Shown one piece after another: positions 20,428 through 29,893 of a DNA stretch of 64,000 nucleotides. Position 1 is the first letter of the stretch, and every line of letters begins with the position of its first letter. Source of the stretch: an uncultured bacterium (GTDB lineage Bacteria; Krumholzibacteriota; Krumholzibacteriia; Krumholzibacteriales; Krumholzibacteriaceae); assembly GCA_963846325.1 (NCBI GenBank), contig CAWJVO010000007.1, forward strand, positions 329,404 through 393,403, given 5' to 3'. Below the pieces are notes generated by a model. That model did no database searches and had not been told where the DNA came from. It saw only the letters and a program-made list of their open reading frames with translations. The position numbers were made by a program, and so were the translations under genes.

Positions 20428-21606
20428 TCAGAGCTCCCGGAGAGCGACGATGATCGGCAGCCGCGCGGCGCGCAGGGCGGGCGGAAGCCCCCCGACGATC
20501 CCCATGAGGAGCGAGAAAACGAGCCCGCTCGCGACGATCTCCGGGGTCACGCGGAACGAGAAGGCGAGGTAGGAGAAGCTCGACCAGTTCATCGTGCCGG
20601 TCGTGAAGCCGTTGAAGGGAAGCGCGGCGAGCGATCCCACGATCCCTCCGGCGAGCGCGATGACGATCGATTCAGCGACGAACGAAACGACGACGCTCGC
20701 GGGATTGAAACCGAGCGCCTTGAGCGTCGCGATCTCCGCCGAGCGCGACGCGACCGCGGAGTACATCGTGTTGAGCGCCGCGAAGATCGCGCCCACCGCC
20801 ATGACGATCGCGACGATGAAGCCGAGCACCCTGATGAGGGTCGATACCATCCGCGATTGCTCCGCGTAGAACGCCGTTTCGCGGAAGACGTCCACGGTGA
20901 GGCGCGGATCGGACGTCGCGGCGTCCTTGAAGGCCTGGAAGCTCTCCGGGGAAACGAGCCGCGCCGTCGCCGACTGAAAGATGTTCTCGGGACGCTTGAA
21001 GACCTGGTTGAGCACCACCGCGTCGCACCACACCTCCGAATCGTACGAGCTCCCGCCGGCGTCGAACACGCCGACGACGGTCCAGCGCCCCCCGCCGAAT
21101 TCGACGACGGAGCCGAGCGTGAAACCGGCGTAGGTGCCCGGAACGTTCCTCCCGACGACGAGCTCGGTGAGACCCGGCTCGAAGAACCGCCCCTCGACGA
21201 CGCGCGCGCTCGGCCGAACCTCGAGGACGACCGGGGAGAGGCCACGGATCTGCACGTTGGCGTCCGAGCCCGTCGCGAGCAGCGGAAACGCGCCGATCAC
21301 GACGACCTCGCCGCTTACGAGGGGCTCGCCCGAGGCGGAGCGCGCGACGCCGGGGGCGTCGGCGAGGACGCGCACCTGATCGAGGGTGATGGCGCTCATC
21401 ATTTCGCTGTCGGCGCCGCCGCGGAGCACGATGGCGTTGTCCCGCGAGCCGCCTCCGATGAGCATCGCCTGGAATCCCTGCGCCATCGCGAGCATCACGA
21501 TGAACACGGCGACGGTCCCCGCGATGCCGAGCACGGCGACGAGCGTCGATGGCCAGCGGACAAAAACGCTCCGGACGTTGTACGCGAGCGGAATCGCCAT
21601 TCTCAT
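20428..21606 (-). CDS. ABC transporter permease, MacB/FtsX (LolC/E-like) family
   Basis: ATG 21606 forms an ATGA overlap with the upstream gene. 392 aa: an N-terminal TM helix, a ~230-aa periplasmic domain and three C-terminal TM helices (FtsX domain). Confidence 0.85.
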   Translation of the reverse strand: MRMAIPLAYNVRSVFVRWPSTLVAVLGIAGTVAVFIVMLAMAQGFQAMLIGGGSRDNAIVLRGGADSEMMSAITLDQVRVLADAPGVARSASGEPLVSGEVVVIGAFPLLATGSDANVQIRGLSPVVLEVRPSARVVEGRFFEPGLTELVVGRNVPGTYAGFTLGSVVEFGGGRWTVVGVFDAGGSSYDSEVWCDAVVLNQVFKRPENIFQSATARLVSPESFQAFKDAATSDPRLTVDVFRETAFYAEQSRMVSTLIRVLGFIVAIVMAVGAIFAALNTMYSAVASRSAEIATLKALGFNPASVVVSFVAESIVIALAGGIVGSLAALPFNGFTTGTMNWSSFSYLAFSFRVTPEIVASGLVFSLLMGIVGGLPPALRAARLPIIVALREL

Positions 21607-22742
21607 ACCCTCCTCAGGGCGTCGACGATCTTGAGCCGCATGGCGCCGACGGCGGGAAGGATCCCGGCCGCGGCCCCCGCGGCGAGGGCGAGCGCGAATC
21701 CGAGCGCGATGAACCGGCCGGCGAGGAAGAAGTTCGGGAGCATGCCCCCCGTCGGGTCTCCGCCGAGCGTGAAGAGCTTGGCGAGCGCGAGCCCCGCCCC
21801 TCCCCCGACCGCCGCGACGACGATCGATTCGGCCATCACGAGAAAGAGCACCGTCGGATCGCTCATGCCGATCGTCTTGAGAACGCCGAGCTCCCCCGTG
21901 CGCTCCCGGACGGCGCTCGCCATCGTGTTCCCCGTCACGAGAAGCAGCGTGAAGAAAACGACCGATCCGATCGAAAGGATGAGGAGCCGGATGTTGCCTA
22001 TCTGGTTCGCGAAGCCGGCGGCGAACGCTTTCTCCGTCTCGGTCTTCGATTCGAACGGCGAGTTCGCGAAGCGCTCGTCGATCGCCGCCGCCACCCCGAC
22101 CGCGTTGGCGGGATCGTCGATCTTCACGACGTACCAGCCGACGAATCCCTTGAAGAACTCGCGACGCTCGTCCAGGTAATCCCAGTGGAGCCACATCTCG
22201 GGCGTGATGAATTCCTTGACGTCGCTGTCGTAGATGGCGCGGACGTTGAACTCCCACGTCCCTCCCCAAATGGACGCCTCGAGCGGGATGCGGTCGCCGA
22301 TCTTCCAGCCGAACTTCTTCGCGAGCGGGGGGCTGATGACGCATCCCTCGCGGTCGGCCGCGAAGGCGCGCCACTCATCCTCGTCGATCTTGTATTCGGG
22401 ATAGACGCCGAGATAGGTCTCGACGTCTATCGCGTAGTTCGGAAAGAAGTTCTTCATGTCCTGATAGTATCCACCGAACCACGTCGAGAACGTCGCCTCC
22501 TCGATGTGCGGCATGCGAAGCATCTGCTCGCGGTAGGAGAGCGGCAGCGGCTGGATGAGGGACACCCGGTTCCGCACGACGAGCCGGTTCGCTCCCGCGA
22601 CGTCGACCCCCGAGCTGAGCGCCGTCCGGATCGTCATGAGCAGGCCAAAGAGAAAGAGGGCGACCAGGAAGGAGCCGAACGTGAGCGCCGTCCGCGTCTT
22701 CTTTCGGCGGAGGTTGAGGAAGACGAGATGAAGGAACTTCAT
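21603..22742 (-). CDS. ABC transporter permease, MacB/FtsX (LolC/E-like) family
   Basis: ATG 22742 (MKFLHLVFLNLRRKKTRTALT...) forms an ATGA overlap with the ATPase gene. 379 aa with the same architecture as its neighbour. Confidence 0.85.
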   Translation of the reverse strand: MKFLHLVFLNLRRKKTRTALTFGSFLVALFLFGLLMTIRTALSSGVDVAGANRLVVRNRVSLIQPLPLSYREQMLRMPHIEEATFSTWFGGYYQDMKNFFPNYAIDVETYLGVYPEYKIDEDEWRAFAADREGCVISPPLAKKFGWKIGDRIPLEASIWGGTWEFNVRAIYDSDVKEFITPEMWLHWDYLDERREFFKGFVGWYVVKIDDPANAVGVAAAIDERFANSPFESKTETEKAFAAGFANQIGNIRLLILSIGSVVFFTLLLVTGNTMASAVRERTGELGVLKTIGMSDPTVLFLVMAESIVVAAVGGGAGLALAKLFTLGGDPTGGMLPNFFLAGRFIALGFALALAAGAAAGILPAVGAMRLKIVDALRRV

Positions 22743-23485
22743 TTCCCGCTCTCCTCCGGCTTGCACGCGAACTCCCCGTCGGCCGCGCATTCGAGAAGCG
22801 TTCCCTTGTCGAGGTGGAGGAGCGTGCCGGCGCGCTTCGCCGCTATCGGATCGTGCGTCACGAGAAAGATCGTCTTCTTATATTCCTTCGAGAGGCGGCC
22901 GATGATGTCGAGGATCTCGTCTCCCGCGACGCGGTCGAGATCCCCCGTCGGCTCGTCGCAGAGCAGAATGCTCGGATCGGCGACGATGGCGCGCGCGATC
23001 GCGACCCGCTGCTCCTGCCCGCCCGAGAGCTGCCGGGGATAGTGATGCATGCGGTCCGCGAGGCCGACGAGATCGAGCGCCGCCTCGACGTGCTTCCGGC
23101 GCTCGGCCTTCGAGAGATTCGTGAGCAGGAGCGGCAGCTGCACGTTCTGGAAGGCCGTGAGGACGGGGATGAGGTTGTACATCTGGAATATGAAGCCGAT
23201 GTGACGCGCGCGCCACGCGGCGAGCTTCCGTCCCGAAAGCCTGCTGATCTCGTCCCCCCCGATGCGCACGGCCCCGCTCGTCGGCGTGTCGAGCCCGCCG
23301 ATGAGGTTGAGAAGCGTGGTTTTTCCCGAGCCGGACGGGCCCATGAACGCGATGAACTCCCCCGTGTCGACGTCGAGGTTGAGACCGCGGAGCACGTCGA
23401 TCTCCTCGCCGCCGCGGTGATATTTCTTGTCGAGATTTCTGATCTCGACGAGGGCTCCGCTCCCTTTGCCGTCCACGCGAACCAT
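22739..23485 (-). CDS. ABC transporter ATP-binding protein (LolD/MacB-NBD-like)
   Basis: Walker [11 protein letters not shown]-loop IFQMYNL, signature LSGGQEQR, Walker B ILLCDEPTGDLD, H-loop VTHD. Confidence 0.92.
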   Translation of the reverse strand: MVRVDGKGSGALVEIRNLDKKYHRGGEEIDVLRGLNLDVDTGEFIAFMGPSGSGKTTLLNLIGGLDTPTSGAVRIGGDEISRLSGRKLAAWRARHIGFIFQMYNLIPVLTAFQNVQLPLLLTNLSKAERRKHVEAALDLVGLADRMHHYPRQLSGGQEQRVAIARAIVADPSILLCDEPTGDLDRVAGDEILDIIGRLSKEYKKTIFLVTHDPIAAKRAGTLLHLDKGTLLECAADGEFACKPEESGK

Positions 23486-23503
23486 GGAATCTCCTTTGGT
23501 CGG

Positions 23504-24709
23504 TTATTTCTCTTTCACCGAAACCCGCGCGCCGTCGCGGAGCTCACCCGCGGAGCGGACGACGACCTCTTCGCCGCGTCGAAGCCCCGCGACGACCTCG
23601 ACGTTCGATCCGCGCTCACGGCCCGCGCTTACGGCCCGCCGTTCGACGCGGCCGTCCTTCACGACGAACGCGTAGCGCACGTCCCCCTCCGAGCGCACCG
23701 CTTCCCGCGGAACGAGAACGATCGCGGCGGACGCCGTATCGGCAACTCCTTCGAGGAACGACACCTTGACCCCCATATCGGGGAGAATGCGCCCGTCGAG
23801 CTTGTCGAAGGAGATGCGGACCTTCACCGTCGCCTTCTGGCGGTCGGCCGTGGGAATCACGGTCCTGACCTTCGAAGGGATACGCCAGTCCGGATAGGCG
23901 TCGAGCACCGCTTCGACCCTCTGGCCGGGAGCGACGCGGGCGATGTATGATTCGTTCACGTCGACCTCGACCTCGAGCGAGGCCATGTCGACGATGGTCG
24001 CGATCCCGGTGCGGGTGTATCCCCCTCCGGCGGATATCGGAGAGACCATCTCCCCCGGCTGCGCGTCTTTCGAAACGACGATTCCGGCGAAGGGAGCCCG
24101 GATGATGCAATTATCGACGTTCTGGCGGGCGATCCCGGCCGATCGCTCCGCGGCGTTGATCCGCTCGTTCGCGAGCGCGATCTGGGCCTCGTAGCTCGCC
24201 ACGGCGGTCTCGGCGTTGTCGAGCGACTCCTGGCTCACGAGATCGCGCGCACGGAGATCCTTGTTCCGTTCGTAGGCTCGCCGGGCGTTCGCGAGCTGGA
24301 CACGCAGCTCCTCGAGGGTCGCGACGGCGACCGCCTTTTCCGCCTCGGACGCGCGAAGCGCCGCGACGGCGTCGACGTCGTCGAGCCGCGCGAGCACCTG
24401 CCCGGCGGCGACGCGCATCCCCTCGTCGATGAAGACCTCACTGATCTTCCCGGTGACCTTGGCCGACACGGTCGCGCGGCGCCGCGGCGTGACGTATCCG
24501 CTCGCGTTGAGCACGGCCGTCTGCGCCGCGCCCGCCTCGCGGACCGCCGCCGTCTCCACATCCGGCGCGCGCCTCGAGAAAACGATCGCCGCGATGACCG
24601 CGACCGCGAGCGCAAGGACGATGAGCGCGAACACGAGCGCTCGCCGGCCGTGGCCCGATCGCCCGCGCCGGTCCGGATCGATTCTGAGCTGCGAGAGATC
24701 CCGTTCCAT
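23504..24709 (-). CDS. HlyD/MacA-family periplasmic adaptor (membrane fusion protein)
   Basis: 401 aa: N-terminal TM anchor, long coiled-coil hairpin (AALRASEAEKAVAVATLEELRVQLANARRAYERN...), then lipoyl-like and beta-barrel segments. It is the first gene of the efflux operon. Confidence 0.85.
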   Translation of the reverse strand: MERDLSQLRIDPDRRGRSGHGRRALVFALIVLALAVAVIAAIVFSRRAPDVETAAVREAGAAQTAVLNASGYVTPRRRATVSAKVTGKISEVFIDEGMRVAAGQVLARLDDVDAVAALRASEAEKAVAVATLEELRVQLANARRAYERNKDLRARDLVSQESLDNAETAVASYEAQIALANERINAAERSAGIARQNVDNCIIRAPFAGIVVSKDAQPGEMVSPISAGGGYTRTGIATIVDMASLEVEVDVNESYIARVAPGQRVEAVLDAYPDWRIPSKVRTVIPTADRQKATVKVRISFDKLDGRILPDMGVKVSFLEGVADTASAAIVLVPREAVRSEGDVRYAFVVKDGRVERRAVSAGRERGSNVEVVAGLRRGEEVVVRSAGELRDGARVSVKEK

Positions 24710-24786
24710 GGGTACCTCGTGAAAGCGGTGATAGTATAGCCGAACACCGCCGGAGTATAGTGAAAAATATGTGAAGAGGCCGGCCC

Positions 24787-24815
24787 TTGACTCGCGGCCG
24801 AAATCGCTGTACCCT
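24787..24815 (+). promoter_or_regulatory. sigma70-like promoter for tricorn-like gene 2, with an operator-like palindrome just downstream
   Basis: TTGACT(24787-24792)-N17-TACCCT(24810-24815). The perfect 12-bp palindrome CGCGTATACGCG at 24819-24830 covers the expected transcription start. Confidence 0.4.
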
Positions 24816-24875
24816 CCGCGCGTATACGCGTGACGTTCTCTCGACTATTTCACTCCAGCAGAGAGGATTTGGGCC

Positions 24876-27800
24876 ATGAAGCGTTTCCGTCTTTCGCTCG
24901 TGCTCGTGATGCTGCTCGTCGCCGCCTCCGCGACGGGCGCGGAGGAATCCGGCCTGCTTCGCTTTCCGGCGATTCACGGCGATCGGATCGTCTTCACCTA
25001 CGCGGGGGATCTCTACTCGGTGCCCGCGTCGGGCGGGGTCGCGCGCCGTCTGACGAGCGACGAGGGCTTCGAACTGTTCGCGCGCTTTTCGCCCGACGGC
25101 ACGGAAATCGCCTTCACCGGCCAGTATGACGGGAACACCGAGGTCTACCTGATGAGAGCCGACGGCGGCGTGCCGAAGCGCCTCACGTTCACGGCCACGC
25201 TCGGCCGCGACGACGCCTCCGACCGGATGGGGCCGAACAACATCGTCATGGCGTGGCGTGACGGCGCGACGATCGTTTACCGCTCGCGGATGCACGAGGC
25301 GAACGATTTCAAAGGAATGCTGTTCGCCGTCTCCCGCGAGGGAGGCGATTCCGAACAGCTGCCGCTGCCGCGCGGCGGATTCTGCTCCTTCTCGGCCGAC
25401 GGGAAAACTATGGCCTATAATCGCGTCTTCCGCGAGTTCCGCACATGGAAACGATACCGCGGCGGCCAGGCGGACGACGTCTGGCTCTACGATTTCGCGA
25501 CGCGGACGACGACGAATCTCACGAATGATCCCGCGCAGGACATCATCCCGATGCTCCGCGGCGGCACCGTCTATTTCGCCTCCGATCGCGAGGAATCGGG
25601 ACGGATGAACCTCTACGCGGCCGATATCGCGACGAAGCAGACGCGCAAGCTCACGAGCTTCACCGACTACGACGTGAAGTTCCCGTCCCTCGGTGACAAC
25701 GCGATCGTCTTCGAGAACGGCGGGCGCCTGCACGTCCTCGACCTCGCGACCGAGAAGGTCCGCCGCGTGCCCGTCACGATCAACGAAGACTTCGCGATCG
25801 GCCGGGGCGGGCTCCGCGACGTCTCCGGGGAGATCACGAACTTCGAAATCGCGCCCGACGGGAGCCGCGCCCTCTTCGGCGCGAGGGGCGACATCTTCAC
25901 CGTGCCCGCGAAGCACGGGAACACGCGGAACCTGACCAACACTCCCGGTGTGCATGAGCGGAGCTCGAAGTGGTCCCCCGACGGGAAATGGATCGCCTGC
26001 GTCTCCGACGCCTCGGGCGAGGACGAGCTCTGGCTCGTGCCGCAGGACGGACGCGGCGAATCCACCCGTCTCACGAGCGGCGGGGACAATTATAAATACC
26101 AGCCTCTCTGGTCGCCGGACGGAAAGAAGCTCCTGTGGGGCGACCGGAAGCAGCGCCTTCAGTACGTCAACGTCGATTCGAAGAACGTGACGCTCGTGGC
26201 CGAGGCGGCCGCATTCGAGATACGCGACTACTCGTGGTCCCCCGACAGCCGGTGGATCGCCTACGCAAAGCCGGAAGACCGCCGCATGACCACGATCCGG
26301 CTCTATTCGCTCGACTCGAAAAAGACGATCGAGGTTACGGACGGGTGGTTCACCTCCTTTGGTCCGGCCTTCAGCTCCGACGGGAAATACCTCTTCTTCG
26401 CCTCGAACCGCAGCTTCAGCCCGCTCTACGGGCAGACCGAATGGAACCACGTCTACATCGACATGACGCGAATCTACCTCGTAACCCTGTCGAAATCGGT
26501 CCCCTCTCCCTTCGCTCCGAAGAGCGACGAGGTGAGCGCGGGCGGGGCGCCGGCGGATGAAGCGAAGGGCGCGAAGGAGAAGGCGAAAGACGAGAAGAAA
26601 GAGGAAAAGAAGGAGCAGCAGCCGATCACGGTCGACGCCGAGGGCATCCAGAATCGCATCGCAGTGATCCCGGCCGCCGCCTCGGGCTACCGTGATATCT
26701 CCTGCATCGGCGACAAGGTCTACTACTTGCGAGGAGGGAGACGCGATCAAAAGCCGCAGCTCCTCCTCTACGATCTCGAGAAGCAGAAGGAGACCGAGCT
26801 CGGCGAGGCGGACGGATACGAGATCTCGGCGGACGGCAAGAAGATGCTCGTCGCGCAGGGAGGCTCCTATTCGATCATCGACCTCCCCTTAGGGAAAATA
26901 GACGCGAGCGAGAAGCTGAACGTCTCGGATATGCGCGTGATTCTCGACCGCAAGGCCGAGTGGAACCAGATGTTCAACGAATGCTGGCGCCAGATGCGCG
27001 ATTTCCTCTACGACCCGACGCTGCACGGCGTCGACTGGAAGCTCATGCGGACGCGCTACGAGACGCTGCTCCCCTTCGTGAATCACCGGGCCGACCTCAC
27101 CTACGTCATCGGCGAGATGATCGGCGAGCTCAACATCGGCCACGCTTACGTCGGCGGCGGCGACTACCCGAAAGCCGACCGCGTGCAGCAGGGGCTCCTC
27201 GGCGCGAAGCTCTCGCGCGACGCCGCGACGAAGCACTACCACATCGACGAGATTCTCGAGGGACAGAACTGGGACGCGAGCCTCCGCTCTCCGCTCACGG
27301 AGATCGGCGTCGACGTGAAGCAGGGGGAATACATCGTCGCCGTCGACGGCGTCTCGACCGCCGGGATGCGCGATATCTACGAGTCCCTCTGGAACACCGC
27401 GGGCACGCAGGTCACGCTCTCGATCAACGCGGCGCCGAAGGAGCCGGGGGCGCGCGCGGTCGTCGTCGTGCCGATCGCCGACGAGCGCGAGCTGTACTAC
27501 TTCAACTGGGTCCGACGGAACCTCGAGAAGGTCGACAAGGCCACGGGCGGCCGCGTCGGATACGTGCATATCCCCGACATGGGCGTCGACGGGCTCAATC
27601 AGTTCGTGAAGTACTACTACCCGCAGACCCGGAAGGACGCGCTGATCGTCGACGTGCGCGGGAACGGCGGCGGGAACGTCTCCTCGCAGATCATCGAACG
27701 CCTCAGACGCGAGGTTGCGATGATCGACATCGCGCGGAACACGTCGTACGCCCCCGATCCCGACGGCACGATCGTCGGCCCGAAGGTGATGCTGCTCGAC

Positions 27801-28157
27801 GAGTTCTCCGCCTCGGACGGCGACATCGTCGCCTACCGGTTCAAGAAACACGGGATCGGCCCGGTCATCGGCAAACGCTCGTGGGGAGGCGTCGTCGGGA
27901 TCCGCGGCAGCCTCCCGCTTCTCGACGGCGGCTATCTCAACAAGCCGGAGTACTCGCGGTACGACGCCGAGGGGAAGGAATGGATCATGGAGGGGAAGGG
28001 CGTCGAACCGGACATCTTCATCGATAACGATCCCGCGAAGGAGTTCGACGGCGCCGACCAGCAGCTCGACAAGGCGATAGAGGTCGTGCTCGACCTCCTG
28101 AAGGCGAAGCCGCCGGCGGTGCCCCCGCCGCCGCCATACCCGGACAAGAGCCGGTGA
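24876..28157 (+). CDS. tricorn-protease-like S41 peptidase (beta-propellers + PDZ + S41), copy 2, intact
   Basis: 1093 aa with a signal peptide. FPAIHGDRIVFTYAGDLY and FSPDGTEIAFTGQYDGNTEVY are WD-like propeller repeats. The C-terminal S41 core includes DVRGNGGG and DEFSASDGD. Confidence 0.9.
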   Translation: MKRFRLSLVLVMLLVAASATGAEESGLLRFPAIHGDRIVFTYAGDLYSVPASGGVARRLTSDEGFELFARFSPDGTEIAFTGQYDGNTEVYLMRADGGVPKRLTFTATLGRDDASDRMGPNNIVMAWRDGATIVYRSRMHEANDFKGMLFAVSREGGDSEQLPLPRGGFCSFSADGKTMAYNRVFREFRTWKRYRGGQADDVWLYDFATRTTTNLTNDPAQDIIPMLRGGTVYFASDREESGRMNLYAADIATKQTRKLTSFTDYDVKFPSLGDNAIVFENGGRLHVLDLATEKVRRVPVTINEDFAIGRGGLRDVSGEITNFEIAPDGSRALFGARGDIFTVPAKHGNTRNLTNTPGVHERSSKWSPDGKWIACVSDASGEDELWLVPQDGRGESTRLTSGGDNYKYQPLWSPDGKKLLWGDRKQRLQYVNVDSKNVTLVAEAAAFEIRDYSWSPDSRWIAYAKPEDRRMTTIRLYSLDSKKTIEVTDGWFTSFGPAFSSDGKYLFFASNRSFSPLYGQTEWNHVYIDMTRIYLVTLSKSVPSPFAPKSDEVSAGGAPADEAKGAKEKAKDEKKEEKKEQQPITVDAEGIQNRIAVIPAAASGYRDISCIGDKVYYLRGGRRDQKPQLLLYDLEKQKETELGEADGYEISADGKKMLVAQGGSYSIIDLPLGKIDASEKLNVSDMRVILDRKAEWNQMFNECWRQMRDFLYDPTLHGVDWKLMRTRYETLLPFVNHRADLTYVIGEMIGELNIGHAYVGGGDYPKADRVQQGLLGAKLSRDAATKHYHIDEILEGQNWDASLRSPLTEIGVDVKQGEYIVAVDGVSTAGMRDIYESLWNTAGTQVTLSINAAPKEPGARAVVVVPIADERELYYFNWVRRNLEKVDKATGGRVGYVHIPDMGVDGLNQFVKYYYPQTRKDALIVDVRGNGGGNVSSQIIERLRREVAMIDIARNTSYAPDPDGTIVGPKVMLLDEFSASDGDIVAYRFKKHGIGPVIGKRSWGGVVGIRGSLPLLDGGYLNKPEYSRYDAEGKEWIMEGKGVEPDIFIDNDPAKEFDGADQQLDKAIEVVLDLLKAKPPAVPPPPPYPDKSR

Positions 28158-28161
28158 ACGC

Positions 28162-28190
28162 TTGACATGCATGCGAGGTTTCGATAGGCT
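28162..28190 (+). promoter_or_regulatory. sigma70-like promoter upstream of the OMP-fbp-pst block
   Basis: TTGACA(28162-28167)-N17-TAGGCT(28185-28190). Confidence 0.4.
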
Positions 28191-28245
28191 CCGCTTCGAC
28201 GTTCGAACAGGTTCGGCTCGTCGGCATCAGCATGGGGAGGCTGGA

Positions 28246-28821
28246 ATGAAAACGTTGCGCGTCGTTCTGCTGTGCATGGTTCTCGTCGCCGTATCGATTT
28301 CCGCGGGCAACGCTCAGGAGCAGAAGTGGAATTTCACCTTCAAAGGCGGCCTGCTGATGCCCGGCGGCGTGACGATCGATCCTCCGGGCTGGAGCTTCGA
28401 TACGGGCATGGGCTGGCTCGTCAACGCGTATTTCGACGCCATGGTGGCTCCCAAGCTGTCGATCGGCGCGTTTCTGATGCTGGCGGGGCCCTCCGTCACC
28501 GTGCTCGGAGACGACTACGGCGTCACGGTCACCACCCTGGGAGCGACGGTGAAAGGGAGATTCACCCTGCAGAACGGAATGCAGCTTCGCCCGGGCTTCG
28601 CCCTCGGCTACCAGATGATCAGCACCGACGCGGTCGACGAAGGGACGAACGGCTTCGATGTGGGCGGCCTGTTCGAAGTCGTGAAACCGCTCGCCGGCGG
28701 CAAGAACGCGCTCGTAGGCGAGCTCGGTTTCATCACGCAGCCGTCGGGCGGGAACGAGGACTCGGACGTCACGTTCGGGCCCATATTCTACCTGGCGTTC
28801 GGATACCAATTCGGCGGCTAG
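28246..28821 (+). CDS. small outer-membrane beta-barrel protein
   Basis: Internal ATG of ORF 28162..28821 with a GGGGAGG RBS. Signal peptide MKTLRVVLLCMVLVAVSISAGNAQ. Amphipathic beta-strands, ending ...YLAFGYQFGG. Confidence 0.7.
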   Translation: MKTLRVVLLCMVLVAVSISAGNAQEQKWNFTFKGGLLMPGGVTIDPPGWSFDTGMGWLVNAYFDAMVAPKLSIGAFLMLAGPSVTVLGDDYGVTVTTLGATVKGRFTLQNGMQLRPGFALGYQMISTDAVDEGTNGFDVGGLFEVVKPLAGGKNALVGELGFITQPSGGNEDSDVTFGPIFYLAFGYQFGG

Positions 28822-28852
28822 ATTCACGGAATGCGCGGGAGAGAGCTCGGGC

Positions 28853-29848
28853 ATGAAACTTGAGCAGAGCTTCATGGATTTCATGCTCCACCACCAGGAG
28901 CGCCATAAGCGAAGCTATAATTTTCTCGTGCTCCTCGAGGCGATCCAGACGGCCGCCAAGTACATCCAGTATTTCTACCAGACCGGTTCGCTCAAGAATA
29001 TGATGGGCGAAGCGGGCGTGACGAATTGCCAGGACGAATCGGTGATGAAGATGGACGACATCGCCGATTCGATCGTGCTGCACTATCTTCGACGTTCGAA
29101 TCAGGTGATCTACGCCGTCACGGAGGAGGAGCCCGAGCCGATCCGGCTCAACGAGGACGGCGGCCGTTACTTCATCTATTACGATCCGCTCGACGGTTCG
29201 AGCAACATCAAGCACAACCTGCCCGTCGGTTTCATGTTCGCGGTTGCGAAGAAAAACCTGGAAGGGCCCGAGGACGGCCATCTGCGCTCGGGAGCCGAGC
29301 TCCGCGCGGCGGGGATCTTTCTCATCCCGAACGGGGTTTTCACACTCGCCCTTGCCGACACCGGCGTCTTCCGCTTCCACCTCGACGAAACGATGACGTA
29401 CGTCAGGCCCGAGAATTCCGAGCGGTTGATACTGCCCGAGGACCGGAAGGGGTGGGAGCTCTCTTTCAACGCCTCCAACCGCAGAACCTTCTCCGCGAAC
29501 GTCCAGAGCTGGATCGAGGAGCACGAGCCGAAGTACTCCTTCCGCTACATGGGGGCGCTCGCCGGGGATTTTCATCGCCTCCTCTCGAACGGCGGAATGT
29601 TCATGTACCCGGCGATCGTCAACCATCCGAAACCGGACAGGAACCGCCCCAAAGGGAAACTGCGGCTTCTCTACGAAGCGAACGTTGCCGCCTTCATCGC
29701 CCGGGAGGCGGGGGGCGCGGCGATCGACGAGGCGGGAAACGACATCCTCGATATCATGCCTGAATCCCCGCACCACCGGACCGCCCTCTACGTCGGCTCG
29801 CGTCCGCTGGTCGAGAGCATGCGGGAGCGTCTGCGCCGGCAAACGTAG
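28853..29848 (+). CDS. fbp: fructose-1,6-bisphosphatase class 1
   Basis: 331 aa. DPLDGSSNIKHNLPVGFMF is the metal-binding motif. LYEANVAAFIAREAGG and the overall class-I FBPase layout fit. Confidence 0.88.
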   Translation: MKLEQSFMDFMLHHQERHKRSYNFLVLLEAIQTAAKYIQYFYQTGSLKNMMGEAGVTNCQDESVMKMDDIADSIVLHYLRRSNQVIYAVTEEEPEPIRLNEDGGRYFIYYDPLDGSSNIKHNLPVGFMFAVAKKNLEGPEDGHLRSGAELRAAGIFLIPNGVFTLALADTGVFRFHLDETMTYVRPENSERLILPEDRKGWELSFNASNRRTFSANVQSWIEEHEPKYSFRYMGALAGDFHRLLSNGGMFMYPAIVNHPKPDRNRPKGKLRLLYEANVAAFIAREAGGAAIDEAGNDILDIMPESPHHRTALYVGSRPLVESMRERLRRQT

Positions 29849-29893
29849 GGCGCGTGATTACCATGATGCACCGAAGCGACGAAGAGGGATGCG

